Shown here one piece after another: positions 1 through 12,410 of a DNA stretch of 64,000 nt. The translations under genes were made by a program, and so were the position numbers. The stretch's first letter is position 1. Each line of letters starts with the position of its first letter. The stretch spans positions 22,506,001 through 22,570,000 of the forward strand of contig OY740784.1 in assembly GCA_963514005.1 (NCBI GenBank). Direction: 5' to 3'. The DNA comes from Raja brachyura. Its lineage: Eukaryota. The notes beneath the pieces were generated by a model that worked only from the letters and a program-made list of their open reading frames with translations, was not told the origin of the DNA and searched no databases.

Positions 1-21
1 TCTCAGCATAGACCGGGTCGT

Positions 22-1761
22 ATGTTTAAACTAACGGCTGCGGAACAGTCCGTAGGCTATAAGGAAATTTTAAGGTTGGAACAGAAAGGGGTCATAGAGA
101 AAACGGTTCATGAGCCCGTTGAATTTGTTTCCAATATTTTTACCCGACCTAAGAAAGATGGAGGCTGTAGAGTCATTATTGATCTGACCACTCTGAATAA
201 CTTTGTAACATATACTCATTTTAAAATGGACACGTTTGAAACGGCCAAATCATTGATCTCACAAGGGTGCTTTATGGCATGTATTGATTTACAGGATGCG
301 TACTATACCGTACCCATGCAAAAATATTACAGAAGGTTCTTAAAATTTATCTGGATGGACCAGCTGTGGCAATATAGGGCGTTGCCTAATGGGCTCACCA
401 CAGCCCCTTGATTATTTACTAAATTGGTGAAGCCAATTATGGCTTATTTAAGACAACGACATCATATCGTTATGGCCTATTTAGATGATATTTTAATTAT
501 CGGCCACACCTTGGAATCAGCTCAACAAGGGGTTGCAGCTGCGGTCAATTTGTTCCAACAGCTTGGGTTCATTGTTCATCCAGAAAAATCTAAGTTCTGC
601 CCCACCCAGGTAATTAATTATCTGGGGTTCCAGGTGAATTCCATTAGCATGAGAGTCACCATACCAATTAACAAAATTGAGGAGGTAACACAGGTGTGTA
701 CAGGTTTAATCAATACTCGTATACCATCGATTCGTCACACAGCTACTGTCATTGGCAAGATTGTGGCTTTGTTTCCGGCAGCCCGGTATGGACCTCTGCA
801 TTATCAAAACTTGCAGAGAGCCAAGATCACTGCGCTGCGACGGCATGCTGGTCATTATGATTGATCAATGCAGCTGCCGCCTGCAGCATTGGATGAGTTA
901 CGATGGTGGGTTTGCCACATTAGTAACTCGTTTAAAACTATTATTGAGGCGAAACCGATGATATACTTACAAACTGATGCGAGCTCTGATGGCTGGGGAG
1001 CTACGAATCAACATTCTAGTTGTGGGGGCTGATGGGATACCCTTGAGAATACAATGTTGGGATCACAAGGGATCAACTATTTGGAGCTGCTTGCAGCGTT
1101 TCATGGACTTCGTGCATATTGTTCCAAGATCTTTGGAGCACATGTCCGGCTCCAAATAGACAACACCACAGCGGTGGCGTATTTAAACCACATGGGCGGT
1201 ACCAGGTCAGTTTCATGTGATAAATTGGCTAATTCAATTTGGCTCTGGTGTGTCAAGAGAGACATTTGGATTTCAGCCACCTATTTGCCAGGTGAGCTTA
1301 ATTTTGTGGCGGACGCCAGGTCACGCAAGTTCAATGATAATATTGAATGGATGTTACATCCTGAAATTTTTGCAAAAATCACAGCCAAATTTGGGAAACC
1401 GGACATTGACCTTTTTGCGTCCCGGTTGAACCATCAGGTACCAACCTACGTCTCGTGGGAACCAGATCCTGGGGCTATAGCGTTAGATGCATTCTCGCTA
1501 GACTGGGGGAATTGCTTTTTCTATGCATTCCCTCCGTTTTGCCTCATCAGTCCGGTATTACGTAAAATTCAGATGGATGGTGCCAAGGGCATCCTTATCA
1601 TACCCGACTGGCCTACACAACCGTGGTATCCGATGGTCTTTGACACGCTCAGTGAACCTTGGGTCCGTTTGCAGGGTAGCCCAGAATTAGTTACTCACCC
1701 TGTTTCAGGGGAGCCACATCCCTGCCATGGCTATTTAAATTTGTTGGCTTGCAGATTCTGA
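22..1761 (+). pseudogene. DIRS pol: reverse transcriptase - RNase H - Dam-like adenine methyltransferase, with three in-frame TGA
   Basis: FTRPKKDGGCRVIIDL, IDLQDAYY, ALPNGLTTAP, AYLDD (RT); QTDAS..GWG, INYLEL, DNTTAV, NFVADARSR (RNase H); DLFASRLN, YAFPPF, PDWPTQPW (MT). One frame broken by TGA near 409, 862 and 1030. Confidence 0.93.
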
Positions 1762-2738
1762 ATCGGCCTTTAGTTGGATACGGCCTTTCTACCCGGACCA
1801 TGGATACCATTGCAGCGTCGTGCCGAGAGTCTACAAGGCGAAGATACCGCTCTCACATCAGGAAGTGGGAAGCCTTCTGCAGCCGCTCTCGCATCACGTA
1901 CGATGCCGTGACTATAACCGATGTCCTGGAATTCCTCGCGGGGTTGCACCATGATGAACACTTAAGCTACAGTGCCATCAACAGCGCCAGGAGCGCTCTA
2001 TCATTCTACCTCAATATTGAGGTGGGATCCAACAGGCTAGTGTCCAGGCTCATGCGGGGTATTTTCAATACGAATCCGCCTACACCACGCTACAATATCA
2101 CCTGGGATGTCAGGGTAGTTTTAACTCTGCTCAGGACGTGGTCCCCCATGGAAGGGCTCCAGCTGGACAAACTCACCATGAAGCTGGTGATGTTACTAGC
2201 GCTGACTTCAGCACAGAGGGTACAGACACTCCATAAACTACGTGTCGACAGAATGATGTCTACCCCCACAGAAGTAGTTTTCTTTGTTGACGAGCTACTA
2301 AAGCAGCATAGACCTGGGTGCACAGGGCTGCAGCTGAAGTTCCCCGCATACCCCGCAGATGCTAGGCTATGTTTAGCCTCCCACATCCGTTACTATGTCA
2401 AGGTGACGGCAAGCATCAAAGGAAAGGAGAGATACCTGCTTGTCACTCATAAGAGACCTCACCATCGAGTGACAACACAGACGATATCCAGGTGGCTTTG
2501 AGTCGTCTTGGGTAAGTCAGGTATCGACACTAATGTGTTCAAATCTCATTCCACCAGGGCTGCATCGACGTCGGCGGCGAGGGTCATGGAGGTGCCCATG
2601 GACCATATTCTCGCCACAGCAGGATGGGCTAATGAAGCGGTGTTCCAGCGTTTCTACAACCGGCCCGTCGCTGCGCCTCTACAGTTCGCAGAAGCCGTGT
2701 TAGATGCGGGGCAAGAACGTGGAGATGTCCCCAAATAA
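1749..2738 (+). pseudogene. DIRS tyrosine recombinase (phage-integrase fold), one in-frame stop at 2499-2501
   Basis: LSYSAINSARSALS, PRY..TWDV, catalytic R in SAQRVQTL, HSTRAAS (HxxR), AGW, and FQRFYNRP (catalytic Tyr). Confidence 0.92.
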
Positions 2739-4519
2739 GGGTTTTTTTGATTTGTTGTTAATAAATATGATTTGTTTTGCAGTATGGACTAGTCAGCACG
2801 TTATTCCTCCCATCCATCCCTGGTAGTGGTGTGACAGCATGGACGTGGTCCAGGGCGTGTCATCACAGAAGCTTTGAAGTCTTCACGAAGTCACTCACGT
2901 GACTCCGAAATGAAATAGTAAGATTGAGCGAGAACTTACCAGTTCGAAGGTTGATCTTTATTTCATGAGGAGTCGAAGTGAGGGATTTCGTGCCCTCCTC
3001 GCCCAACCCTCAATCACCTTCATCTGGTAATCTTAGTCGTTTTCATTCTTACTATGTGAAGTCATTTCTTTTGATTGGTTTCTGTGATTCCACGCCGCTA
3101 CTTTGAAGTATGTCGAGCATGCGCGCCGGCGGGCTCTTCACGAAATCCCTCACTTCGACTCCTCATGAAATAAAGATCAACCTTCGAACTGGTAAGTTCT
3201 CGCTCAATCTTACTATTCTCCTACCCTGGAAAAAAAATTCACCTTATCTGTGCCAGATGCTGTATCCTACACGAAAAATGTGCCATCACAGAGCATATCT
3301 TATCTGCATTTCTGTTTTTCAATGGCCATACCCTATGCAGCATCCATGTCCAGCACTCATCACCTTACCCCCTCTGACACCATTTTGTGGAGGTCCACGA
3401 GACAACTTTCCCTCTCCCAATCCCACAATATCTCAGCCCTGAGACAACAAGAAGAAATTCTTCTCCAATCTGATACTTTATTCTTGTTGTTCACTATTTG
3501 TTCTTTTGTACTGTTGACAGACCAAACACTGTTCTGGTGACTAATTCATCAAACACCTGTTCTGTGCACAAATGTGATCTTGAACATCCTGTATCTTCAC
3601 GTTCTACATCGAAATTGCTTGGTGACTGCTGGAAGGAACATCAAAGATCCAAGATGGCTCCCAAACCAGGTGACTCTTTATGTGCTAGCCACAGACATAG
3701 ATCTGAATCACGCATTACAATCACTCCAATATTTTAAACCTCTACTCTGACAGCAACATTTCTTATTTTAACTATGCTCTTCTTAATCTCCTCTCAGAAA
3801 TTCACGTTATTCCTTTTATCATGGATCTGTACACTGTGGATGGCCCAATTGCAATCACGTATTGTCTTTCCACTGATTGGTTAGCACCAAACACAAGCTT
3901 TTCTCTGTATGCGTGACAATAAACTAAACTTAACTGAATATCAAAGAAAATATATTCTGAGAAGCCACCTTCTTGCCTCCATCTGCTTGGAACAACAACC
4001 TGACCATTTCCCATGCTTGCCAAGAAAGCAAAATCACTCAATTAATAAACCCACCCTTAGACTATAAATCATTCTATTATATCGCGACACTCGAAGCCAG
4101 TTCTTTTGCACCACTTAGGTGTCCCAGCAGGCAGAAGATGGCAGTTGCTAATTGATGCTGAATAGCAATGAAGAAAATGACAGCTGGTCCGTCATGGCTC
4201 TGGGCTGCCCTCCCAGGTTCTGTTGCTGTGGTTCTCTTGAGTAGAAGAAAAGAAGCTTGGCTGTACTGTCAAGAGTTTTTAATTGTCATATGTACTGACA
4301 ATGGAACAATGAAATTCTTCCTGAGAGAAGATGCTATTAAACAGGTAGATTCTAGCTGCGGTTCCAGTGACCACAATCTTTTCTCTCCCGTGGTAGCTTT
4401 CGGATCCAGAAATGCTTAAGAGATGGTGGTCACCAGATTAATTATCACCAGCACTGTCTGGTGCTTCCAAGAATGGAGAAGCAACTGGTTCCTGCTGCTG
4501 CCCGCTGGATCCTGCTGAG

Positions 4520-4777
4520 GCCATCACAACCACTGGAGACTTTGCGCCCCACCCAAGGTTTCCGTGCGGTTCCCGGAGGGTTTTGTCAATCTCCCTAATG
4601 GTCGGAAGTGGTTTCCGTTTTAAAAATCAGTAATTTTTTAGTCAAAGCCGGTTGCGATGCTAGTTGAAGGTGGTTGCCGGAGGACAAAAACCTCCGGGAA
4701 CTTCCAGGAAACCTTGGGTGGGGCGCAAAGTCTCCAGAGGTTTCCGTTCAGGTTTCCTAAGTGGGACAGGGGCATTA
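4520..4777. mobile_element. Partial Harbinger/PIF-like MITE (one end only)
   Basis: Ends in AAGTGGGACAGGGGCA-TTA, related to the GTGGGACAG TIR ends at 25390-25403 and 27425-27438. Confidence 0.45.
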
Positions 4778-5241
4778 CATCTGTAATACTGCTGTAAGGG
4801 AGAGCTACAGACTCACAAGATACATGTACTCGGAGATTGCCTTTGAAAACTGCACTCTCTTTGGATAAACATGACTGGCCTCTGACCCTCAACATCAGAA
4901 GCACACAGCAATGGTGATTATGGAGCAGGAACATCCTCCAGAAATATAAGGCACCATCAATGACGCATTTTTCTTTTTTTCTCCCTTTCTGGTCACCATT
5001 AGGTGGCCTTCAGTACTTTCCATTTAGTCTTCAGTATATTCTCGCTCCCAAAACCAAAACCCTTGACAGCACTTAGCTCTCTGCCAATCTACCATGTCTT
5101 TTACTCCCACTAATTCCACCGATAAGTGAGCAGCTGCCTGGCAGAGAGGAAGTCATTCCGACTAGTGGTGAAGCAGCAAGGATAACAATGGGACAGGATG
5201 ATGCCAACTGCACAGGAAAAATGACTTGGACCTCATTGCAG

Positions 5242-5473
5242 ATAGACCTAAAATGCTGGAGTAATTCAACGGGACAGGCATCATCTTTGGAGACAAGGAC
5301 TGGGTGACATTTCGGTTCGAGACCCTTCTTCAGACTAAAGGTTCAGGGAAAGGGTCTTGACCCGAAACATCACCCATTCTTTTTTTCTAGAGATGCTACC
5401 TGACCTGCTGAGTTACTCCACCATTTTGTATCTATCTTCGGTGTAAACCAGCATCTGCAGTTCGTTCCTACAC
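5242..5473. mobile_element. Inverted pair of Penelope-type terminal (hammerhead-bearing) modules
   Basis: Minus-strand copy (core 5306-5333) followed by a plus-strand copy (GGGTCTTGACCCGAAACATCACCCATTC...GCATCTGCAGTTC). Confidence 0.8.
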
Positions 5474-6307
5474 ATTGGACCTCATTGTGTTCTTTTCCAT
5501 CATCATTTTTCCCCAGCTTCCTCCCATGCTTCTCCATTTCCCTCCCTCTTTGCTCTTTGTTGGTGGGTCTGCAGAAAAGATTAAAGCTTAAACCAATGCC
5601 CATTTCCCCATTGCAAGGTGCTTATGCATTAGAGGCAAAAAATGAAGTGTTCAATCATTAACAATGGACACAGTCTTTTAAGCCATAATTGATAGAAAGG
5701 CTCAAAAGAGTGTCTAGAAATTGCATGTCCATACGCTTCCCGAGGTGGACAGTGGTCCTTTCTAGTATCCAGTGTATGAGAAGCTGTGTGTACTAATAAC
5801 TCCTGCAAAATGAGAGCAAATGGAACAAAATACCTGCCGTATGAAATGTAAAGTATCAAAGGAAATGCAACTTGAAGATTGAGATGAAAATGAAGAGTGG
5901 GATTTTCTGGCTCTGGGTACATATTATTATTGTTTGGCAAACTACAGAGCCAGAGTGCAGGATAGAACCACATTTAACCAAAGAATAGAAGAAGGGCAGG
6001 TTTAAACATGACTGTTTTTGGAGGGGCATTTCAAACTACTTCAGAGTGGTGAATTCATTGCTCTGTATACATTGTTCTGCAGCATCTCACACAAGTTCCA
6101 AATACAATCATAATGAAATTGCATTAGAAGGCTATTCAACTCTTGTGTTAGCACAATTGAACTTGACTACCCTTGATTCTTTTCCCCACGTTTAGACAAA
6201 AGGTGTTATGGGGAGAATCTCCTGATCATATTTTCCTTGTCTTTGTTTATGAATAAGAAAGGGGCAAGAATGTGGAAATTACAAGGTGGCCTCACAGGAT
6301 GGTAAAG

Positions 6308-6537
6308 ACAATAGACAACAGACAATAGACAATAGGTGCAGGAGTAGGCCATTTGGCCCTTCGAGCCAGCACCGCCATTCAATGTGATCATGGCTGATCA
6401 TCCCCAATCAGTACCCCGTTCCTGCCTTCTCCCCATATCCCCTGACTCCATTATTTTTAAGAGCCCTATCTAGCTCTCTCTTGAAAACATCCAGAGAACC
6501 TGCCTCCACCACCCTCTGAGGCAGAGAATTCCATAGA
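6308..6537 (-). mobile_element. CR1/HER1-like LINE 3' fragment with (TTGTCTA)n tail
   Basis: WNSLPQRVVEAGSLDVFKRELDRAL C-terminus, conserved 3' UTR, tandem caatagac tail. Confidence 0.9.
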
Positions 6538-6557
6538 CGTTTTTCAAGAAAATTCCA

Positions 6558-6790
6558 AAGCTGCTGCCTCATAGCAGCAGAGACCCACGTTCGATCCTGA
6601 CCTCGGGTGCTGCCTGTGTGGAGTTTGCATGTTCTCTGCTTTTGACCACGTGGGATTCCTCCACGTAGGTTCATCCCACATCCCAAAGACGTGTGGGTTT
6701 TGAGGTTAAGTCTCCGTAATGTGTAGGGAGTTAATGCAAAAGTGCGATAACATGGAAGTAGTCTGAGCAGGCAATCAATAGTCAGAATGG
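6558..6790 (+). mobile_element. Degenerate tRNA-derived V-SINE (HE1-like)
   Basis: B-box GTTCGATCC and the V-domain GGAGTTTGCATGTTCTC...CCCACATCCCAAAGACG. Confidence 0.75.
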
Positions 6791-9700
6791 GCAATCAATA
6801 ATCTCAATTAAACGAAGTTGAGGCAGCTGGTGTGGATGCATTGAAAAGTAAGTTAGATCAAAAGACGATGAAACAAACAAAGAGGGACCAGATAAGCAAG
6901 GTGGATGAAGCAACATGAGAAGCATAAATGCTACCACTGAACATGCAAGTCTCACATCGGCTGAAATCTATCACGAGAGAAAATGCTTTCTCTAAGCAGT
7001 TCTGCAATACAAAAGCAGCTATTTATGAGCCAAACATGCAAACACTCAAAAAAGGACAGGCTAAGATTAGCAATCTAGCAAGCCCATCCTTCACCAACAT
7101 AGTGCAGAGTCATCACTCCCAAACACGTTCTCACACCTGCCAACCCCAACCCTCTGCCGTCAGGAGGTCTCCTGGGAGAGGCAAACAACCAACTCGAATA
7201 TGCACACCATGCTGCTCTAGTTGGCAGTTAAAGAATAAATAACACAAACTGACACAATGGATACTCATGACAGCATGAGAGATGAGAACCTTGCAGTGGT
7301 ACAAATTTCTGCACCCTTGGGTATTCATGATAAGGTCAAAGCTGCCCTTTCACATTGCATACGTAATAAGATAGCTTTCTTCACGGGCTTGAATGCACAT
7401 ACTCCTGCATAACTCTGCAGACCATGAGCTCTTCTCCATTAAATGTATCAACATGCAACATAGTTTATTTGGTGTCATTACAGTTTTTAATATGCCGCTA
7501 ATGTAAAGTACAAAAATTTACATATTTGTTCCTGAAAGTTTCTGATATGGAGCCCAAACACCAGTAGCAAATCTCCGTGCTGGATTTACGCAATTAGCTT
7601 TAAGGTGGTGCACTTGCACAGTGCCAGCTTCAGATTGCTTAATCTACACCACTGTCAAGCAATGTATAAGATGGACAACATAACTAGCACCATTTTACAG
7701 AGATAATCATAGCTGCCGTCAGATTATAGTTGTCTGCAGGTCATGCTCTTTTTGTTTTATTGCGGAGTTGTGTGGGAAGACGAGCATGAATTAATAATAG
7801 AAAAAAACAGTCTGGGTACTTGTGCATTGAATGCATTACAAAAGGAGCAGATCTGTTGCAATGGAGCAAATCTTGCAAAACAGGTCTTTTTTTTTGGATA
7901 AAACATTTTATTGCATGAAAAAAATGAATCACAGCTGTAATTGCCAAAAGCATGCAACATGTCCGCTTATTGTTCCTTTTCTTTCAAGGCATGCAGCATG
8001 TATTGTCTCCAAAACAGAAGGAAGAAACCTGATCAAGGAAAAGATCGGTGCATTCAGTTAAGGAGAATTCTAATTGTATTAAACAGGAATAAGAAGGAAA
8101 AGTATTCCCTGGATACTTTTTAGATGGCTTGTGGCTGAGGCTGTCACCGTGACATTTCAGGACAGTTTAAAATGAACAGAAGTAAAATGTAGGTTTCTTT
8201 GTGTTTGTTTATTGCTTAAATACAATGTTTTCCTTTCTGTGTGCTGAGAAAAATCTTCACATCCTCATTACTTCAAAAAGCATTGATATCTACTGCTCCT
8301 AACCCCTAATCAGTCAACTATGGAGTTACTGCTCGCATTACAGTTCTGACATCAACACACCATCCCTTCTCCATGGCAACTGCCTTTCCACTGCCTGCCT
8401 GTCCTTGTCTATTAGAAACAAGCCCCCAAAGAACAAATATAGAATCAAGACAAGATGGCGCATCGGTGTCCTCAGGGTGTCTTCTGTAATTCCAGGGTTT
8501 CTGTCAGATTCACAGTAATAGATGGGAGAGAACTAACGTAATATCTTATCATTACCTATTCCAGGCCACTTATAGAATAGCATTTGAACAAGCTATGAAA
8601 TTAGAAAAAAATATTTTGGAATCCAAAATTCGGAAAAGAAAGTCCTTGCTTTGGTGTTTATATTTTTTTGTTCAGTTCATTGATTGATACTTCATTATTA
8701 TGTGACACGTCACAGTGGCATTCTTTCTTTTGCCTAACATTCATAAAGTATGCAGAGTCGCCACTATCGAATGCCGGAAAAGTTACAAAGTGTTCTTGGG
8801 AACAATTCAAAATTAGCAGGATTTTTGTTTTATAATCTGGTGAGCTGGAACGACAAAGGAAAGGCAATAATATTGAAAACTCTGCTAACTCAGTCAAGAT
8901 CTTTGTTGAAAGTTATCTTGACTTATCTTGAACAATAAGAGAAAATGAAAAATGAATATAGTTATAATTATCTAAAGGTGGAGTTTGGGAACGAGCATCT
9001 TGAGAATCTTGTTAAAGAGGGTCAGGAAGATGGTCAGCTATGATACGTACATTCAGTTAGAAAATTGGTTCGTGGATAAGAAACAAACAGTTTGAGTAAA
9101 TGATTATTGCTTACACTGTTGAAGGATAGGAATTTGTGAACACCAAGGGCCTGGATAGTCTGCTTTTTATGATTATGTGGCAAGCCGCAGTCTCCGTTAA
9201 GAAGCAGCCGACTCGGAAACTCCATGCTACGGAGTGTTCCGATCCGTCCCGACGTCGGAGTTTCGATCACCCCAACGAGAGGGCCTGAACGTCGGATCGT
9301 CTGTAGTGGCAAACTGCGGAAGTTTCAAAGGCCCCGACCATGGTTGAACAAAGGAGGTAGATGACTGAACTTTATCGCCTTCCATCACAGTGAGGAATGT
9401 TGATTCCACTGTGGTGGATGTTTATGTTACATTTTATTTTATGTGTGTATTGTGTTCTTTTCACTTAGTATGGCTGTATGGTAACTCAAATTTCACTGTA
9501 CCTTAATTGGTTAAGTGACAATAAATACGAGCTTGAACTTGATGTACATGTACATGGGTTTGAGGGATGCAATTCTGCAAATTGCTAAAGAGTCAAAAGA
9601 GTGAATTTTGTCAGAGGGCGATTGTAGAACAATTCCGAAAGATATTAGTAACATAGACAGACAAATAGCAGGTGCATTTATTTTGCCAGTAACCTGGAAT

Positions 9701-9851
9701 TCTGAGAAACATGGATAAGCATAATCTCCTATGGCTTTCCTTAAATATTTTCCGAATCAGTGAGACGTTTTCTTTTTAAGGAAATGGTGTGTTAAGTCGA
9801 TACACATGATTGCCAAGTATAAAACAAAGGACAATAAAAGTGAAAGATTTC

Positions 9852-9913
9852 AAGTACCTTCATACTAATTAAGTTATGGATGCTGTCATAACTTAATTAG
9901 TATGAAGGTACTT
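9852..9913. repeat. Perfect 27-bp inverted repeat with 8-nt loop
   Basis: AAGTACCTTCATACTAATTAAGTTATG (9852-9878) and CATAACTTAATTAGTATGAAGGTACTT (9887-9913). Confidence 0.95.
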
Positions 9914-10118
9914 TGCACGTTCTCCCTGTGACCACGTGGGTTTCTCTGGGTGCTCCAGTTTCCTCCCACACTTCAGGTTTGTAGTTTAATTGGCTTTGGT
10001 AAAAATTGTAAATTGTCCCTAGTGTGTAGGATAGTGTTAGTGTATGGGGTGATCGCTGGTCGGTGTGAACTCGGTGGGCTGAAAGGCCTATTACCGCGCT
10101 GTATCTCTAAAATCTAAA
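9914..10118 (+). mobile_element. 5'-truncated V-SINE (HE1-like)
   Basis: TTGCACGTTCTCCCTGTGACC...TTTCCTCCCACA V-domain, LINE-like 3' end ...GCGCTGTATCTCTAAA tail. Confidence 0.8.
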
Positions 10119-11084
10119 GTACAAACACTTAGTTTAAAAAAAATAGGGGAGTAAGTGAGAACATTAAAAAAATACATGAAAACAGATGCATTGTCACACT
10201 CTTCCCACATGTTCAAGCTCATGCATTTTTAGTAAAATCCTAATGGGATGACACTGGGCAGAAATTTGGCTTCAGAGACCAACTGAAAAGCAATAACAGG
10301 GAAGTCAATGAAACACTGAGAAGAATTACATGTTCTCAATTTATGATTCCAAATGATGGGATGTTTGGCAAGAAGTTCAAGGTTGAAGTTCAAGGCCATC
10401 CTAACACTTGAACACGGAACACAGAACAGCACAGCACAGGAATGGGCCCTTTGGCCCACAATGTTTGTGCCTAATATGATGCTGTAGCGGCGCCTGCTGG
10501 CGCACGCAGATATCGGACCCGGCGTTTGGAAGCCGCGGTCACGTGACTCGGGAAGGGCTGCTGTTTTTGCGCGGTTTCGCTTTCGCGCCACAGTTGTTGT
10601 GCTGACGACCATTGTGATCAGACGTGTTTGCAGATACCTGTTTGCCAAGAAGCGAGTGTGTAAATAAAACCGTTCAGAAAACTTGGTTGTCATTTCCTGC
10701 ACCCGCTAAAATGGCAAGTTAAACTGATCTTAATCTGCCTGTACATAATCCATATCCCTCTCTTCCCTGCACTCCCATGTGCCTATCCAAAAGTCTCTTA
10801 AACACTACTATTGATTTTGCCTCCCCCACCACCCCTGGCAGTGCGTTCCAGGCCCCTACCACCCTCTGTGTTAAAAAACATGCCCCGTACCTCCCCATTA
10901 AACCTTCCCCCTCTTATCTCATAGCTATGCCCTCGAGTGTTGGACATTTCCACCCAGAAAACTCATACTCCTTGACTTAAAACTTTGATCGTGTCTGGAG
11001 TGGAACTTAGATATTCCCCTCCATGTGGGAGCAAACATTGGCACTGATCGTGGAAAGAACAGCATTGACATGCTGTTTAAAAAG

Positions 11085-11590
11085 GAACTGCAGAGACTGG
11101 AAAAATCCAAGGTAAACAAAAATCCAAGGAGAAACTCAATGGGTGAGGCAGCATCTATGGAGCGAAGGAATAGGTGACGTTTCAGGTCGAGACCCTTCTT
11201 CAGACCATTCTCCTGTCTTCTCCCCATAACCTTTGACACCGTTACTAATCAAGAACCGATCAATTAATGCTTTATAAATACCAATGCCTTGGCCTCCACT
11301 GCCGTCTGTGGTGATGAATCCCATAGATTCACCACTCTTTTGCTAAAGAAATTCCTCCTCATCTCCATTCGAAAAGATAAGTCCTTTTATTCTGAGGCTG
11401 TGCCCTCTGGTTCTAGACTCTCCTACTAATGAAAACATCCTCTCCACATCCAACGCTACCAAGGGCTTGCATCATTTGATAGGTTTCAATGAGATTTTCC
11501 CCCCTTCATCTTTCTAGACTCCAGCGAGTATAGGCCCAGAGCCATTAAAAGCTCCTCATAAGTTAACCCAACCATCCACAGGATCATACT
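11085..11590 (-). mobile_element. Penelope terminal module (11085-11205) fused to a CR1 3' fragment (11205-11590)
   Basis: Hammerhead-like core at 11176-11203 on the minus strand; CR1 DRFLISNGVKGYGEK C-terminus. Confidence 0.75.
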
Positions 11591-11906
11591 GAATGTTATG
11601 ATCACTGAGAATGTGAAAACAGTACTGGGCAGCAGAGGGCTGAATGACCTGATAGGCAGCAGTAGAAGTGAAACACTTCATTTCTTCCTGTACCTGCTCT
11701 TAGCAAGGTGGAAATACTAAGGATCGTATGTGTACTGAATTGTTGCAATCTAGAATGCATGGTCTTGGCTAGTTAAAGACTCATTTAAAAAATAATATCA
11801 GATACATTCTTGAGGCGTGGGGGGGGAGAGATAGGTCACAAGGCTATGAATAAGAGCAAAGGGGTCATTGGAGAGAACTATCAGATATGTTCAGCCAAAT
11901 AACAAC

Positions 11907-11937
<31 letters not shown>

Positions 11938-12410
11938 ATATATATTTATATATATCCACACATATACACTTACCTCAAAATAAATCATCTCAGACCTCCA
12001 TTGATAATGCAAACTAATTCATTCTAATGTTATAGACATTAGTCATAAAAACAAACCAAATCTGACACACCGAGAGAACTTACATGAGGTCCATAATGTG
12101 TGCATCAAACAGCACTTTACTCTTAATCTGAATTATTTTAAGGAGAGTGATACAGAATGAAAACAAGTCTTTCAGATTCTATAGCTCGGCTACGTTTTGG
12201 GGGCAATTTACCGCAGCTAAATAGCCTACAGATCCTCACATCTTTGGATGTGGGTGGAAACTAGAGCACCAGGAGGAGTTGCAGGCAGAGGGAGAACACA
12301 GGCTCCACACATATAGCCCCCCGAGGTGAGGATTGAACCTGGTGTCTAGCACTGAGGTAGTGGCGCTACATGTCATGTTATTGCCCCCCATCCAAGAGGT
12401 GCGATTATAT

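Larger units (their letters stand above)
1..3217 (+). mobile_element. DIRS1-like tyrosine-recombinase retrotransposon, copy 1 (5' part outside window; inactivated by in-frame stops)
   Basis: RT, RNase H and MT ORF overlapping a YR ORF; ICR at 2881-2992, of which 2914-2992 is the perfect reverse complement of the terminal 3139-3217; element ends in ...CTTACT-ATT. Confidence 0.95.

Noticed and set aside
1749-2738. Integrase plus methyltransferase as prophage or bacterial contamination
   Set aside because: Domain order and termini are those of DIRS1 retrotransposons, embedded among vertebrate LINEs and SINEs.
5629-5973. 114-aa ORF in unique sequence
   Set aside because: No recognisable motif or splice support; compatible with chance.
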